Shown in pieces: positions 23,145-31,817 of a stretch of 33,586 nucleotides of DNA (positions within the stretch are counted from its first letter, which is position 1; every line of letters starts with the position of its first letter). The position numbers and the translations under genes are program-made. Under the pieces are notes generated by a model, which did not search any database, was not told where the DNA came from, and saw only the letters and a program-made list of their open reading frames with translations. Source of the DNA: Coriobacteriia bacterium (GTDB lineage: Bacteria; Actinomycetota; Coriobacteriia; Anaerosomatales; JAENZW01); assembly GCA_029858605.1 (NCBI GenBank), contig JAOUET010000003.1, positions 1 through 33,586 of the forward strand, written 5' to 3'.

Positions 23145-24527
23145 TCAGAGCTTGAGCGCGACGATCGGACCGGCGTCCGTGGCGTCGCCGAGGTTGGCGC
23201 ACTTGATGTCGAACCGCTCAGTGCCGCGGACGGCGACCTCGTCCTGCTCGAACGCGTTCAGCGCCGAGTCGGAGAAGGCGATCGAGGTCTGACGGCGGTC
23301 GCCGAAGTAAGCGGCCATCGCCAGATCGCCGAAGAGACACTGAATGGTGTCGGCGGTAAAGGTCTTACGCATGACCTGCACGTACTCGACCGGGTATCCG
23401 AGCAGGGTCGGAGTCGCGGTCCCGTCCTTGAGCTCGCGAGCGGTCACGCCGCCCGAGGCGTAGACGAGCCGCTCGAGGCAGGCGTGATAGAACGCCTTCG
23501 AGCAGTAGAACTTGCAGTTCGGCGAGTCGGCGTAGGCCGGCAGTTTGGCGACGAACGCCATGAGATCCGCCATGTCGAAATCCGAATAGGCGCTCGTCAG
23601 AGCCGCATCGCTGATTCCAGCCGCCGACGAGATGCCCTCGATCTCGGGAATGACGCCGACGATTCCGCCGTAGGTCGACGTGCCGTCGCCGTTGAAGCCG
23701 CACTCGTCCTCCTTCAGCGCGAACGCGTACGCGATCTCGTTCGCGATGTCGTCGCCGAGGTTCACGATGGCGTCCTCGTTGAGCTCGTTGCTCGCTGTCG
23801 TGAGGACCATGAACTTCTGCGCGACGAGGTTGACCTGGTCGAACACCTGCTGCGACTCGGTTCCGGCAGCAGCCTCGCCGACCGCGTAGGCGGTGAGCGT
23901 GGTCTTGCGACGCGGCATCCGCCTGGTGTCGCTGGACATCGGGACGTTCTTCGCGTTCCGGCGGAACACGCCGTAGCGCTCGCGGAGCGAGATCAGCGAC
24001 GACTCGAACTCGTCAGGGACGAGGAAGCCGCCGGCGCTGTTCACGCTCTCGGTGTGGCCCTTGGTGACGATGCCGTTCGACTGACACCAGTCGAGGCTCT
24101 TGCGGTGGCCGCGAGCGGCCATGATGAAGCGGCCGAAGCGATAGGCTTCCTCGGCCGACTTGAGGTGACGGGCGCGGCCGTCGATCTTGATCTGGTCGGG
24201 CATGGTGATCCTCGGTGCAGCGGCGGCCTTGACCTCCGCGGCGATGGTCTTCTGGACGGTGTTACGAACGGCCTTCTCGGCGTCCTCGATCGGCATCTCG
24301 TCGGACGGCTTGACGGCGTCCTCCTCGACTTCGACCTCGGCAGCCGTGGCCGGCATGAGCTTGACCTCGTAGGCGATCTGATCCGGCGCGAGAGGGTTGC
24401 CCTCTGCATCGGTCACGAGCACGCCCTCGAGGTAGAGCGCCTTCGCCTGCTCAAAGCCGGCGGCGCCTTTCTGGTCGGCGATCTTCTGGAGATCGGCCTG
24501 GACCTCGGAAACGGACTTGGTCTTCAT
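23145..24527 (-). CDS. HK97-fold major capsid protein with an N-terminal extension
   Basis: AGGFLVPDEF, SNELNEDA, GDGT...GGI, TLLGYPV, FGDL, R.TERFD; ATG 24527. Confidence 0.95.
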   Translation of the reverse strand: MKTKSVSEVQADLQKIADQKGAAGFEQAKALYLEGVLVTDAEGNPLAPDQIAYEVKLMPATAAEVEVEEDAVKPSDEMPIEDAEKAVRNTVQKTIAAEVKAAAAPRITMPDQIKIDGRARHLKSAEEAYRFGRFIMAARGHRKSLDWCQSNGIVTKGHTESVNSAGGFLVPDEFESSLISLRERYGVFRRNAKNVPMSSDTRRMPRRKTTLTAYAVGEAAAGTESQQVFDQVNLVAQKFMVLTTASNELNEDAIVNLGDDIANEIAYAFALKEDECGFNGDGTSTYGGIVGVIPEIEGISSAAGISDAALTSAYSDFDMADLMAFVAKLPAYADSPNCKFYCSKAFYHACLERLVYASGGVTARELKDGTATPTLLGYPVEYVQVMRKTFTADTIQCLFGDLAMAAYFGDRRQTSIAFSDSALNAFEQDEVAVRGTERFDIKCANLGDATDAGPIVALKL

Positions 24528-24614
24528 GGTGAATCCCGGTTGGTGCGAATGTGACGACTCAGCGCCGCCGCACCGATCCGGCATTCAGCCACTCGTCCGG
24601 GCAAGGCTACGCGA

Positions 24615-25280
24615 TCATAGCACGATGCGACCGCGTGCCTTCGCGATCTCCTCGCGAGCGATCCTCGTGGCGATCTCGCGTCCGATCGCCGGCACGCTTA
24701 CCGCGATTGAGAACTTCCTGACAGGCGGTCGCTCGATCTTCGCCGGAACGTCGACGCGACCGAAGCGCTCAACAGCGGTTCGCGTCACGTAGCCCTTCTG
24801 GACCGCCGTGATGAGCGCGTCCTGATTCGCCGGCACGCTCACGACCGAGACCTCGAGCAGCTTCCACTTGGAGTAGACGCGTCGCACGTCCGGCCCGTAC
24901 TTGTCAACGTCGCCCTTCGTCGCGAGCCGCTCGCCGCCGTCCATCGGCACAAAGCCGATCGAGACGCCGCGGAGCACCTTCGCCTGTACCAGGCCGCGGA
25001 CGTAGTCGGGGAACCAGTCGCCGTCGAAGTCGTCCGGTCGCTTGGCGAACTCGAAGTCGGCGACGATCTCGCGATCGGCGCGCTTGAGCGTGACGGCCCG
25101 TCCGACAGGCTGCGACGTGTCGTGATTCCAGAGGAGGACCGGGTTCCGCTCGTAGTCCTTCGCGTTCATGCCGGCCGGAACCATCACCTCGCCGTCGCGG
25201 TCTACGCTGTCGGTGGAGATGGTCGCCTTGAACATGCCTCCGACGATCTCGCCTTCGGCCTTGAAGTCTTTACGGTTCAT
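24615..25280 (-). CDS. HK97-family prohead protease
   Basis: VDRDGE, NPVLLWNHD..PVGR, GVSIGF, LLEVSVVSVPAN; ATG 25280. Confidence 0.95.
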   Translation of the reverse strand: MNRKDFKAEGEIVGGMFKATISTDSVDRDGEVMVPAGMNAKDYERNPVLLWNHDTSQPVGRAVTLKRADREIVADFEFAKRPDDFDGDWFPDYVRGLVQAKVLRGVSIGFVPMDGGERLATKGDVDKYGPDVRRVYSKWKLLEVSVVSVPANQDALITAVQKGYVTRTAVERFGRVDVPAKIERPPVRKFSIAVSVPAIGREIATRIAREEIAKARGRIVL

Positions 25281-28267
25281 TCGGGCAGATCCTCGAGGAC
25301 GGGAATGATGTCGCAGCGGCAGTTCGGATGCAGAGGCGGTCCGGTCACGTTGTCGAAGTCGACGACGAAGCGCGAGCCGTCCGAGGCCGTTATGACGTCG
25401 CCGACCTTGTAGAACGCGTCGTTCATGCCTTTCGTCTGGTCTTCGCGTCCGACAGCCTCGCAGAAGGGACATGCCTCGGGCGCGACGAGCCACTTCTTGC
25501 CCGTGACCATGTCGGTCTGCTTCCAGGCCTGAACCTGCCCCTCGACGTAGGCTCGTGCCGACTCGGTCCTAGCGATGGTCTGGGCGCGAGCCGGATCGAA
25601 TCCCTTCGCCTCGATGTCGTCGGCGATCTCGTCGATCGTCTTGCCTTGCTCGAGGCCGCGACCGAGGATCGACTCGACGCGACGTACGGTCGTTCCGCCG
25701 ACGCTGTTCGCGAGTCGCGTCGTCGACCTGTTGACCCAGCGCTGCACCTCGTCGTTCGCGAAGTCGAAGCCGATAGCCTCGGCGACGTCGCGATCTGCAC
25801 GACGCAAGGCCGCCTCGATCGATGAGATGCCGCGATCTCCGCCGAGTTTCATGACCTGCTCGATATGCGGCTTCGCCGCGTCCTTCAGGTCTTGCGAGAA
25901 CTTCGCGATCGCGAGTTCCTGCCGTGCTCGATCGAAGAGCGCCGATCCCTCCAGGCCGCTCCCGCGAAGCGCCCTCACGACCGAGCCGATGCGATCGCGT
26001 CCGACCTTGACGAGCGTCCTCTCCAGTTGCCGGATGATCCGCATCTCGTCGCGGCTGTAGCCTGCGGCCTTCGCGTGGAAGCCGTCGTCCTGCCACGCCT
26101 GCGATTGTGTAATGGTCTCGCCTTTCACGTGCGAGCAGCCGCACTTCTTACTCTTCGACTCGCAGTAGTCGATCGCGATCGCGACCGCTTGGTCCTGCGG
26201 ATAGCCTTCGTCCATTAGCGTTCGGACCTTGTCCGAGACGCAGTCGTCAGCCTGCTTCGTGCCGTCCGTCTCGTCGTCGGCACGGTCCATCCTCTCGACG
26301 ACGCGAGCCGACCAGTCGCGGCCGTCGTCGCCGCCCCAGAGCAGCCACGCGATGAACCCGGCCGAAGGATCGCTCGGATCGTCCCAGCCGGGCCGCTTGT
26401 CGACCGCGTGCCTGGCGAAGTAGGACGCCATGCGACGGACGGTGTCCGGCGACAGTACCTCGCGGTTCTTGAGCTGCGTCGCTCGAGCGACTCCGACCTC
26501 GGTCCCGCCTCGGTTGAACTCGCCGCGGAGCCTGAGACCGCGATCGGCCGCCTCGGACATCTCCTCGGTCGGCGTGAAGTCTATCGCCTCGTACCGGGCC
26601 GGAGCGTCCGCCGTAATCGCCTTTACGGCCTCCTGAGGCGCTTCGGCCGCAACCGTGGCCTCCGGGACCGGCTGCACGTCCGAAGGTTGTATCGTCGCCT
26701 GAGCAGCCACCATACGAGCCGCCTGAGCCGGCGATAGACCAACCGCTACGAGGAGCGCCTCGCCAGCCTGAGGAGCCAGAGATCCGGCCGTGATCGCGAG
26801 CAGGATCTCTTGTGCCGCTTGGATCTGGGCGCCGTTGAGTGGCTCGACCTTCTCGACCGGAGCCGCCGGCTGCGTCGGCTCGACGGTCGGAGCCGTCTCG
26901 GGAGCGGCCTGCGTCGGCGCGTCCGTCAGGTCGCCGCCGAGATCGAGGCCGCTGCCGAGCGGCATCCCGCCGACGATCGGTGCGTCGGCGTCTGGATGGT
27001 CTATGGGATCGAAGCCGCGGAGCTCGCGAACCTCGTTGATGGTCAGCACGCCGGACGAGATGAGTCCCTGATGCTCCTGCAAGTCGAGCGCCCGGTTCGC
27101 CGGGACCGGATCGTCGTACGCGAGGACCGCCTCGTCCTGTAGGCCGAACATCGGAAGCAGCTTCTGGTTCAGCGTTTCCTCGTCAAGCCGCAGGAGCGGC
27201 AGGATCGTCGACTCGCGCCACTGCGCGAAGCCGGTCGTGCTGCTCGCGAGGTTCGGATCGTTCGCCTTGAGCATCGTGACCGGCACGCCGAAGATCGCCG
27301 CGATCTCCTCCACGATCTCGTCGCGACCGCCAAGATCCTTCGGAGGGAACGCCATCGGCTTTAGGTCGACCTGTCCGGTCAACGCGATGAACTTGCCGGC
27401 CTTGCCTGGACCGCGGAGCCGCTCGTTCACGGCTCGCTCGAACTCGGCGATCGCGTCCTCGGATGCGTCCTCGTTCTTGATCGTCGCGAGGTAGTCGGGC
27501 CGAGCGTGATTCGCCGCGAACGCAAGGTCCATCTCGTGGAACGCGTCGTTCAGGTCGACCGCGCCCCAGGCCGCTTCAACCTTGCCGAGACCGTAGAACA
27601 GGTCAGCCGGGTTCGGGCGCTTGAAGTGCAGCACCTCGTCGGGCGCGAGCGTGACCTTGTTCTGAGTCTCGCGGCCGTACAGGTAGCCGGCGATGAACTT
27701 CTGCGGATCAGGAATGATCTCGACCCACTGCGGAGGCATCGGCCAGAGTTCGGCCGGCACGCCGAGCGTGTTCGGGATCACGTGGAGATACGCGTTCCCG
27801 GTCAACTCCTGCCAGAGCGTACGAGTCGCGGCCAGGTCAAACCCGTTCATCGCCGGATTCACCTTGCGGAGCAGGTCGAGGACCGGATGCGCCTCGGTGA
27901 CCTCCTCGAAGTCGGCTCCGAAGTCATGCATTTTCGTCATCACGGAACGAGATGGCGTGCGAGCGGCATCGCCGAGGAGGTACGCCTTTCGTCCCTTGGC
28001 AGGCTTCGCCGTCCGGTACAACTTGCGGCCCGTGCCTCCCTTGACATACAGCCGCAGCGGCACGGCCGAGACGCCGAACGCGTTTATCTGGGCAGCCGCG
28101 TACACCCACGAGCGGTACTTGCGGACGGCTGCGGTCGCCGTGTAGACCGGCCGATGATCGATGCCCGAACCGCCGGAGATGATCCCGAGCGACGCCCGAA
28201 GGTAGCGGTTGACCTGCTGCTGCTCGGCCTGCTTGCGTCGGAAGAGGGATCGGATTCGATCGAGCAT
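25277..28267 (-). CDS. Portal protein fused to additional domains and a C-terminal MuF (SPP1 gp7-like) head morphogenesis domain
   Basis: Portal motifs LTGNAY, ELWPM.P, EVLHFK, IAAIFGVP, LTINEVR; MuF motifs RAQTIARTE, K.W...C..C, PPLHPNCRC; 996 aa from ATG 28267. Confidence 0.92.
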   Translation of the reverse strand: MLDRIRSLFRRKQAEQQQVNRYLRASLGIISGGSGIDHRPVYTATAAVRKYRSWVYAAAQINAFGVSAVPLRLYVKGGTGRKLYRTAKPAKGRKAYLLGDAARTPSRSVMTKMHDFGADFEEVTEAHPVLDLLRKVNPAMNGFDLAATRTLWQELTGNAYLHVIPNTLGVPAELWPMPPQWVEIIPDPQKFIAGYLYGRETQNKVTLAPDEVLHFKRPNPADLFYGLGKVEAAWGAVDLNDAFHEMDLAFAANHARPDYLATIKNEDASEDAIAEFERAVNERLRGPGKAGKFIALTGQVDLKPMAFPPKDLGGRDEIVEEIAAIFGVPVTMLKANDPNLASSTTGFAQWRESTILPLLRLDEETLNQKLLPMFGLQDEAVLAYDDPVPANRALDLQEHQGLISSGVLTINEVRELRGFDPIDHPDADAPIVGGMPLGSGLDLGGDLTDAPTQAAPETAPTVEPTQPAAPVEKVEPLNGAQIQAAQEILLAITAGSLAPQAGEALLVAVGLSPAQAARMVAAQATIQPSDVQPVPEATVAAEAPQEAVKAITADAPARYEAIDFTPTEEMSEAADRGLRLRGEFNRGGTEVGVARATQLKNREVLSPDTVRRMASYFARHAVDKRPGWDDPSDPSAGFIAWLLWGGDDGRDWSARVVERMDRADDETDGTKQADDCVSDKVRTLMDEGYPQDQAVAIAIDYCESKSKKCGCSHVKGETITQSQAWQDDGFHAKAAGYSRDEMRIIRQLERTLVKVGRDRIGSVVRALRGSGLEGSALFDRARQELAIAKFSQDLKDAAKPHIEQVMKLGGDRGISSIEAALRRADRDVAEAIGFDFANDEVQRWVNRSTTRLANSVGGTTVRRVESILGRGLEQGKTIDEIADDIEAKGFDPARAQTIARTESARAYVEGQVQAWKQTDMVTGKKWLVAPEACPFCEAVGREDQTKGMNDAFYKVGDVITASDGSRFVVDFDNVTGPPLHPNCRCDIIPVLEDLPE

Positions 28268-29472
28268 CAGATGACTCGGAAGCGGAACGTGGCCGGCCGG
28301 TTCGCCGCTCGACGTACGGCCAGGGCGAGCGCCATAACGCCGTCGTCGTGCATACTCGCTGGTGCAGTGTATCGAACGCCGGTACGCGTCGACTCCCACT
28401 CGAACGCCTCGAGCTCGACTCGAAGGAAGCCGTCAGGGAACCGGACCTCGCTCCGCTGGATCGCCGCGGCCAGTCCTTCGAGCAGTTGCTGACGGCTCGT
28501 CGCGGTGAACTTGAACCCCTCGACGTTGGGCCTGCCGCGCTGGAGATCCTCGACGATCGGATCGCCGACGCCGGTCGAGTCGATCATCGTCGGAACCTTG
28601 CCGATGGTGGACGCGATCCGCTCGCGTGTCGCCTGCCAGTCGAGCCGGAAGCGATCGAGGTAGCAGACCGTGCCGGTCGCATCGAGGCCGAGGATCACGG
28701 TCCAGTCTGTCGTCTTGGCCAGGTCGATCCCGAACGCAGCCGGCTCGGCCGTGCTGAGCGGTCGGATCGCCGCACGGATCGCGTCGAGGCCGAACGGGTT
28801 CCCGCCGTCGTCCGACGCCTCGACGAGGTAAAGCTCGCGGAACACGTGGTCGGGCAGTTGCCGCTTCGCCGCCTCGACCTCGTCCGAGGCGAGCACGCCG
28901 CCGGCGACCGCGTCGGCTGCGGTCAACTTGTGGTACGCGCAGTCCGGCTCCGCTCCGGCCTCGGCAAGCCTCGCCAGCCGGTACGCCCAGTTCTTCCGGC
29001 CCTTGAGGTTGCCGATGATCCGGCACGGGCCGCGTGTCGCCGACAGCGTCGACCTGACCGCGTGCCACGACTCCTCCGGGCAGCGTGTCGCCTCGTCGAT
29101 GACCGCGGCGTGAACGTCCTCGCCGTAGAGCGTGTCGGGGTTGTCTGCCGACTTGAACGCGACCTTCGAGCCGTTCGCGAGCTTGATGACGAGACGCGAC
29201 GTGTTCTCTTCCCAGATCCGCTTCTCGGGATCGGCGTCCCGGAGCATCGCCGCGAGCCGCTCGAAGCCGACCGTCTTGGTGACCTCGAACGTCGGCGCGA
29301 CCCACCAGCAGACCGAGTTCGGGCGGTTCCAGGCGAACTCCAGTACCCAGAGCAGGCAGCCAACGGTCTTGCCGCTCTTGGTGCTCGCCTCGATGATGAC
29401 GAACCGGGCCGGATCGCAGATCGCGTCGTGCTGCTTCCGGTACAGCGGCGGGAGTTCGATCGCGGCCTGCAT
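28267..29472 (-). CDS. terL: Terminase large subunit
   Basis: Walker A-like ASTKSGKT, Walker B AVIDEA, nuclease motifs GIDLA..D and HDD.V.ALALA; ATG 29472. Confidence 0.95.
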   Translation of the reverse strand: MQAAIELPPLYRKQHDAICDPARFVIIEASTKSGKTVGCLLWVLEFAWNRPNSVCWWVAPTFEVTKTVGFERLAAMLRDADPEKRIWEENTSRLVIKLANGSKVAFKSADNPDTLYGEDVHAAVIDEATRCPEESWHAVRSTLSATRGPCRIIGNLKGRKNWAYRLARLAEAGAEPDCAYHKLTAADAVAGGVLASDEVEAAKRQLPDHVFRELYLVEASDDGGNPFGLDAIRAAIRPLSTAEPAAFGIDLAKTTDWTVILGLDATGTVCYLDRFRLDWQATRERIASTIGKVPTMIDSTGVGDPIVEDLQRGRPNVEGFKFTATSRQQLLEGLAAAIQRSEVRFPDGFLRVELEAFEWESTRTGVRYTAPASMHDDGVMALALAVRRAANRPATFRFRVI

Positions 29473-29477
29473 GGATG

Positions 29478-29828
29478 CTAGTCGCGCACTCCGATTCGGA
29501 CCGGTGCGAGTTCTATCCGCTCGGTCGCCTCGCCGCCCTCGAGCCGCTCGATCTTGTCCAGCGTCGCGAGCGCGTTGATGTTGTCGCGGTCGAGCGCCGC
29601 GAGCAGTTCGATCGCTCGCAGCTTCTCGCGGTCGGTCTTGCCCGTGAGCGCGATCCGCTTCGCGATCAGCGGTGCGGCCGATCGGATGTCGTCCGGGATC
29701 GGCCAGCGGTTGCGTACCGCACGTATGAGCATCTGGAGCGTCTGCCGGTCGTGACCGGCGTCGCGCTCGATCTGCCGTGCGAGCGGCACGATCGCGGACG
29801 CGTCGACGGTTGGCTCGGTGTCGCTCAT
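29478..29828 (-). CDS. Putative terminase small subunit
   Basis: Helical 116-aa ORF directly upstream of terL. Confidence 0.55.
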   Translation of the reverse strand: MSDTEPTVDASAIVPLARQIERDAGHDRQTLQMLIRAVRNRWPIPDDIRSAAPLIAKRIALTGKTDREKLRAIELLAALDRDNINALATLDKIERLEGGEATERIELAPVRIGVRD

Positions 29829-30607
29829 TGAGTGTCAAGCGCCGGGATCGGAGTTGAACCGTCCCTTCCGGACTGGATGCCCGGCGTGCCGCCCTCAGCA
29901 CTTCCGGCGCGCTTGGCTCCGCGATACATGCTTGCGCCTATATCGCGAATCTTGGCGAATGGTATCTCCGGAACCGATAGCGCGCGACGCGCGTCGCGGT
30001 CTATGAAGAAAATGTAACGGAGTTGAAATCCTGGCAATGGCTTTGCGTCGGCCGCTTTCATCAATGCCTCTACCGAAGCGGAAGGCATCTTCAATCTTGC
30101 TCGCAAGATTCTTTGTTGCGGAGTTGGCCTTGCCGTCTTATATGTCATCTTGTGCGCAATCGTTCCATCTCCGAACTTGAATAGTTGGCTGTTCTTTTTT
30201 ATGGCCGTTAGCACAAAGCCTGACGCTCGATAGATCGCTCCGTCTCCGCATTGTGTCGCGTCAGCAAACGAGATTACCCACCGGAGTTGCGGATACGTCG
30301 CCTTCAGCCATCGCATCGCAAAGCCGATTGCGCGACTCTCGCTGTTCCGTGGAAGCCAATCCGCGAACGCCATGCGATTCAACTCGATGAACTCATGCCA
30401 TCGCGTGCCGCGTACGAGACCCTGTATCTTCCGCTTGTCCAAGGACGGGCCGAACTGCATCGCTCCTCCGCATCGTCCGTTCATGAATACGCCGAGATGG
30501 ACCTGCGAGTTCTGGACGATCTTTCCGGAGTAGTGCAGGTCTTGAATGATGCGGTTTCCGTCCGCCGCGGAAATCGGTTTGACGATGATGGTCTTAGCGT
30601 CACCCAT
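29825..30607 (-). CDS. mom: Mom-family (GNAT-fold) DNA adenine hypermodification enzyme
   Basis: HYS, G...FG, ELNRM, PRNSES.AI...MRWLK, VISFAD..Q...GAIYRASGF motifs; ATG 30607 overlaps the ParB gene end; locally AT-richer. Confidence 0.85.
   Translation of the reverse strand: MGDAKTIIVKPISAADGNRIIQDLHYSGKIVQNSQVHLGVFMNGRCGGAMQFGPSLDKRKIQGLVRGTRWHEFIELNRMAFADWLPRNSESRAIGFAMRWLKATYPQLRWVISFADATQCGDGAIYRASGFVLTAIKKNSQLFKFGDGTIAHKMTYKTARPTPQQRILRARLKMPSASVEALMKAADAKPLPGFQLRYIFFIDRDARRALSVPEIPFAKIRDIGASMYRGAKRAGSAEGGTPGIQSGRDGSTPIPALDTQ
29838..29910 (-). tRNA. Non-canonical tRNA-Gly(TCC)-like element embedded in the 3' end of the mom-like gene
   Basis: GCGCCGG AA GTGC TGAGGGCG GCAC G CCGGG CATCCAG TCCGG AAGG GACGG TTCAACT CCG(A)TC CCGGCGC T: 7-bp acceptor stem, 4-bp D stem, 5-bp anticodon stem with TCC at 29877-29875, T loop TTCAACT, discriminator U; no encoded CCA. 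Confidence 0.8.
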
Positions 30608-31211
30608 TGAGATAGGCCGCACATATGAACGTCAAGGCGTTGGCGTTGCCGTTCTCGTTGAGGTCTCCGGTATCGCCTCCTGACTGCTTTGCCTTGCGAA
30701 TCGCGGCGTCCACTGTTTCGGCTTGCTCGTCATGCAGCACGAACGTAACTTGCCGGAACGGTTCTCGATCATCGCTCGGCAGTTGCGGCGGCTCTACTGC
30801 GTCGATGTCGTACGATCCGGACAGGTCGTCGATCATCTGCCGCAACGCTTCGCTGTCCGTCTCGACCGTCGCAACCAGAGACGCGAGCGCGTCGGCATCG
30901 ACCGTCGCCATCGCCGCCAGCGGATCGAGCGTCGCGAGCAACTTGTCGGCCTCGGCCTCGTCAACATCGAGAACCAGGACCGGCACGGCCGTATCGCCGA
31001 CAGTCTCGGCGCGTAGGTGTCCGTCGATCAGTTCGAGCGTACCGTCCTCAAGTTCGCGAGCGACGAGCGCCTCGGCGAAGCCGATCTCGGCGAGCGTGCC
31101 GCGGAGCGCGTCGGCCTGCTCCTTCGGATGCGTACGCCAGTTCTTCGGGTTCGGTCGCAGGCTAGAAGCCGGTACGCGACGCAGTTCCTTGATGCGGTCT
31201 CGGATGTTCAC
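30600..31211 (-). CDS. ParB/Srx N-terminal domain protein
   Basis: L.PNPKNWRTH...Q...L...L.EIGF, LIDGHLR, VPVLVLD; GTG 31211 after GGAGG. Confidence 0.85.
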   Translation of the reverse strand: MNIRDRIKELRRVPASSLRPNPKNWRTHPKEQADALRGTLAEIGFAEALVARELEDGTLELIDGHLRAETVGDTAVPVLVLDVDEAEADKLLATLDPLAAMATVDADALASLVATVETDSEALRQMIDDLSGSYDIDAVEPPQLPSDDREPFRQVTFVLHDEQAETVDAAIRKAKQSGGDTGDLNENGNANALTFICAAYLNG

Positions 31212-31807
31212 TCGGTGACCTCCAGCAGCTCGAAGAACCGCGTATGCAGTTCCTCGACATCGAAGACCTGCGGATCGACCCACCAGTCATCATGAGCGAC
31301 CTCGGCGAACAACTCGTAGCCGTTGGCCTCCATAAAGGCACGCATACGCTCCTGCCGAGCCGGACCGCCTTCGCGGTACGAGTCGTGCTCAAGCGCCACG
31401 ATGCCGAACCGGATCGCGTCCCACGGCAGGATACGCATCGCGTACTCGGTCAGCGTCGGAGGCTCCAGGTCGAGCGACAGGAAGTCGCAGCGGCCGCTCG
31501 GGAACACGGTCGAGACCAGCGTCCTCCAGTCGACGAGCAGAGCGTCAGGCAGCACGAAGCCGGCGCGTCGTTCGCGACGGAGCGCCTCGTGGTGCTCGAT
31601 GTCGCAAAGGACGCCGGTCCAGTTCAGGCCGCGTTCAAGCGCGAGCGTGTTCGAGAGTCGGATCGGCTCGCCGGCTCCGATGTCGAGGAACGTCCCGTGC
31701 TGCTTCCGGTTGTACGCCTCGATCACGAACCGATCCGCGCCGAGTTGACCGCGTAGCAGTTCGGGATCGATGCCGGAACACGGCAGATCGATAAAGGTTC
31801 TTCCCAT
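31208..31807 (-). CDS. FkbM-family (Methyltransf_21-like) methyltransferase
   Basis: GQ.G.D, GTFLDIGA......SNT..LE...NW.G, DFLSLDLE, EHD, GY, DDWWV; ATG 31807. Confidence 0.85.
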   Translation of the reverse strand: MGRTFIDLPCSGIDPELLRGQLGADRFVIEAYNRKQHGTFLDIGAGEPIRLSNTLALERGLNWTGVLCDIEHHEALRRERRAGFVLPDALLVDWRTLVSTVFPSGRCDFLSLDLEPPTLTEYAMRILPWDAIRFGIVALEHDSYREGGPARQERMRAFMEANGYELFAEVAHDDWWVDPQVFDVEELHTRFFELLEVTE

Positions 31808-31817
31808 GCCCGGCAGT

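Noticed and set aside
29833-29838. TTGACA on the minus strand just before the putative terS, as a late promoter
   Set aside because: No -10-like hexamer at 16-18 nt spacing, and the start site would fall inside the gene.
29838-29910. tRNA-like element as an attP site or an ordinary translational tRNA
   Set aside because: There is no integrase, the element is a full cloverleaf rather than a 3' fragment, and A8, A33 and the T-stem bulge argue against normal decoding.
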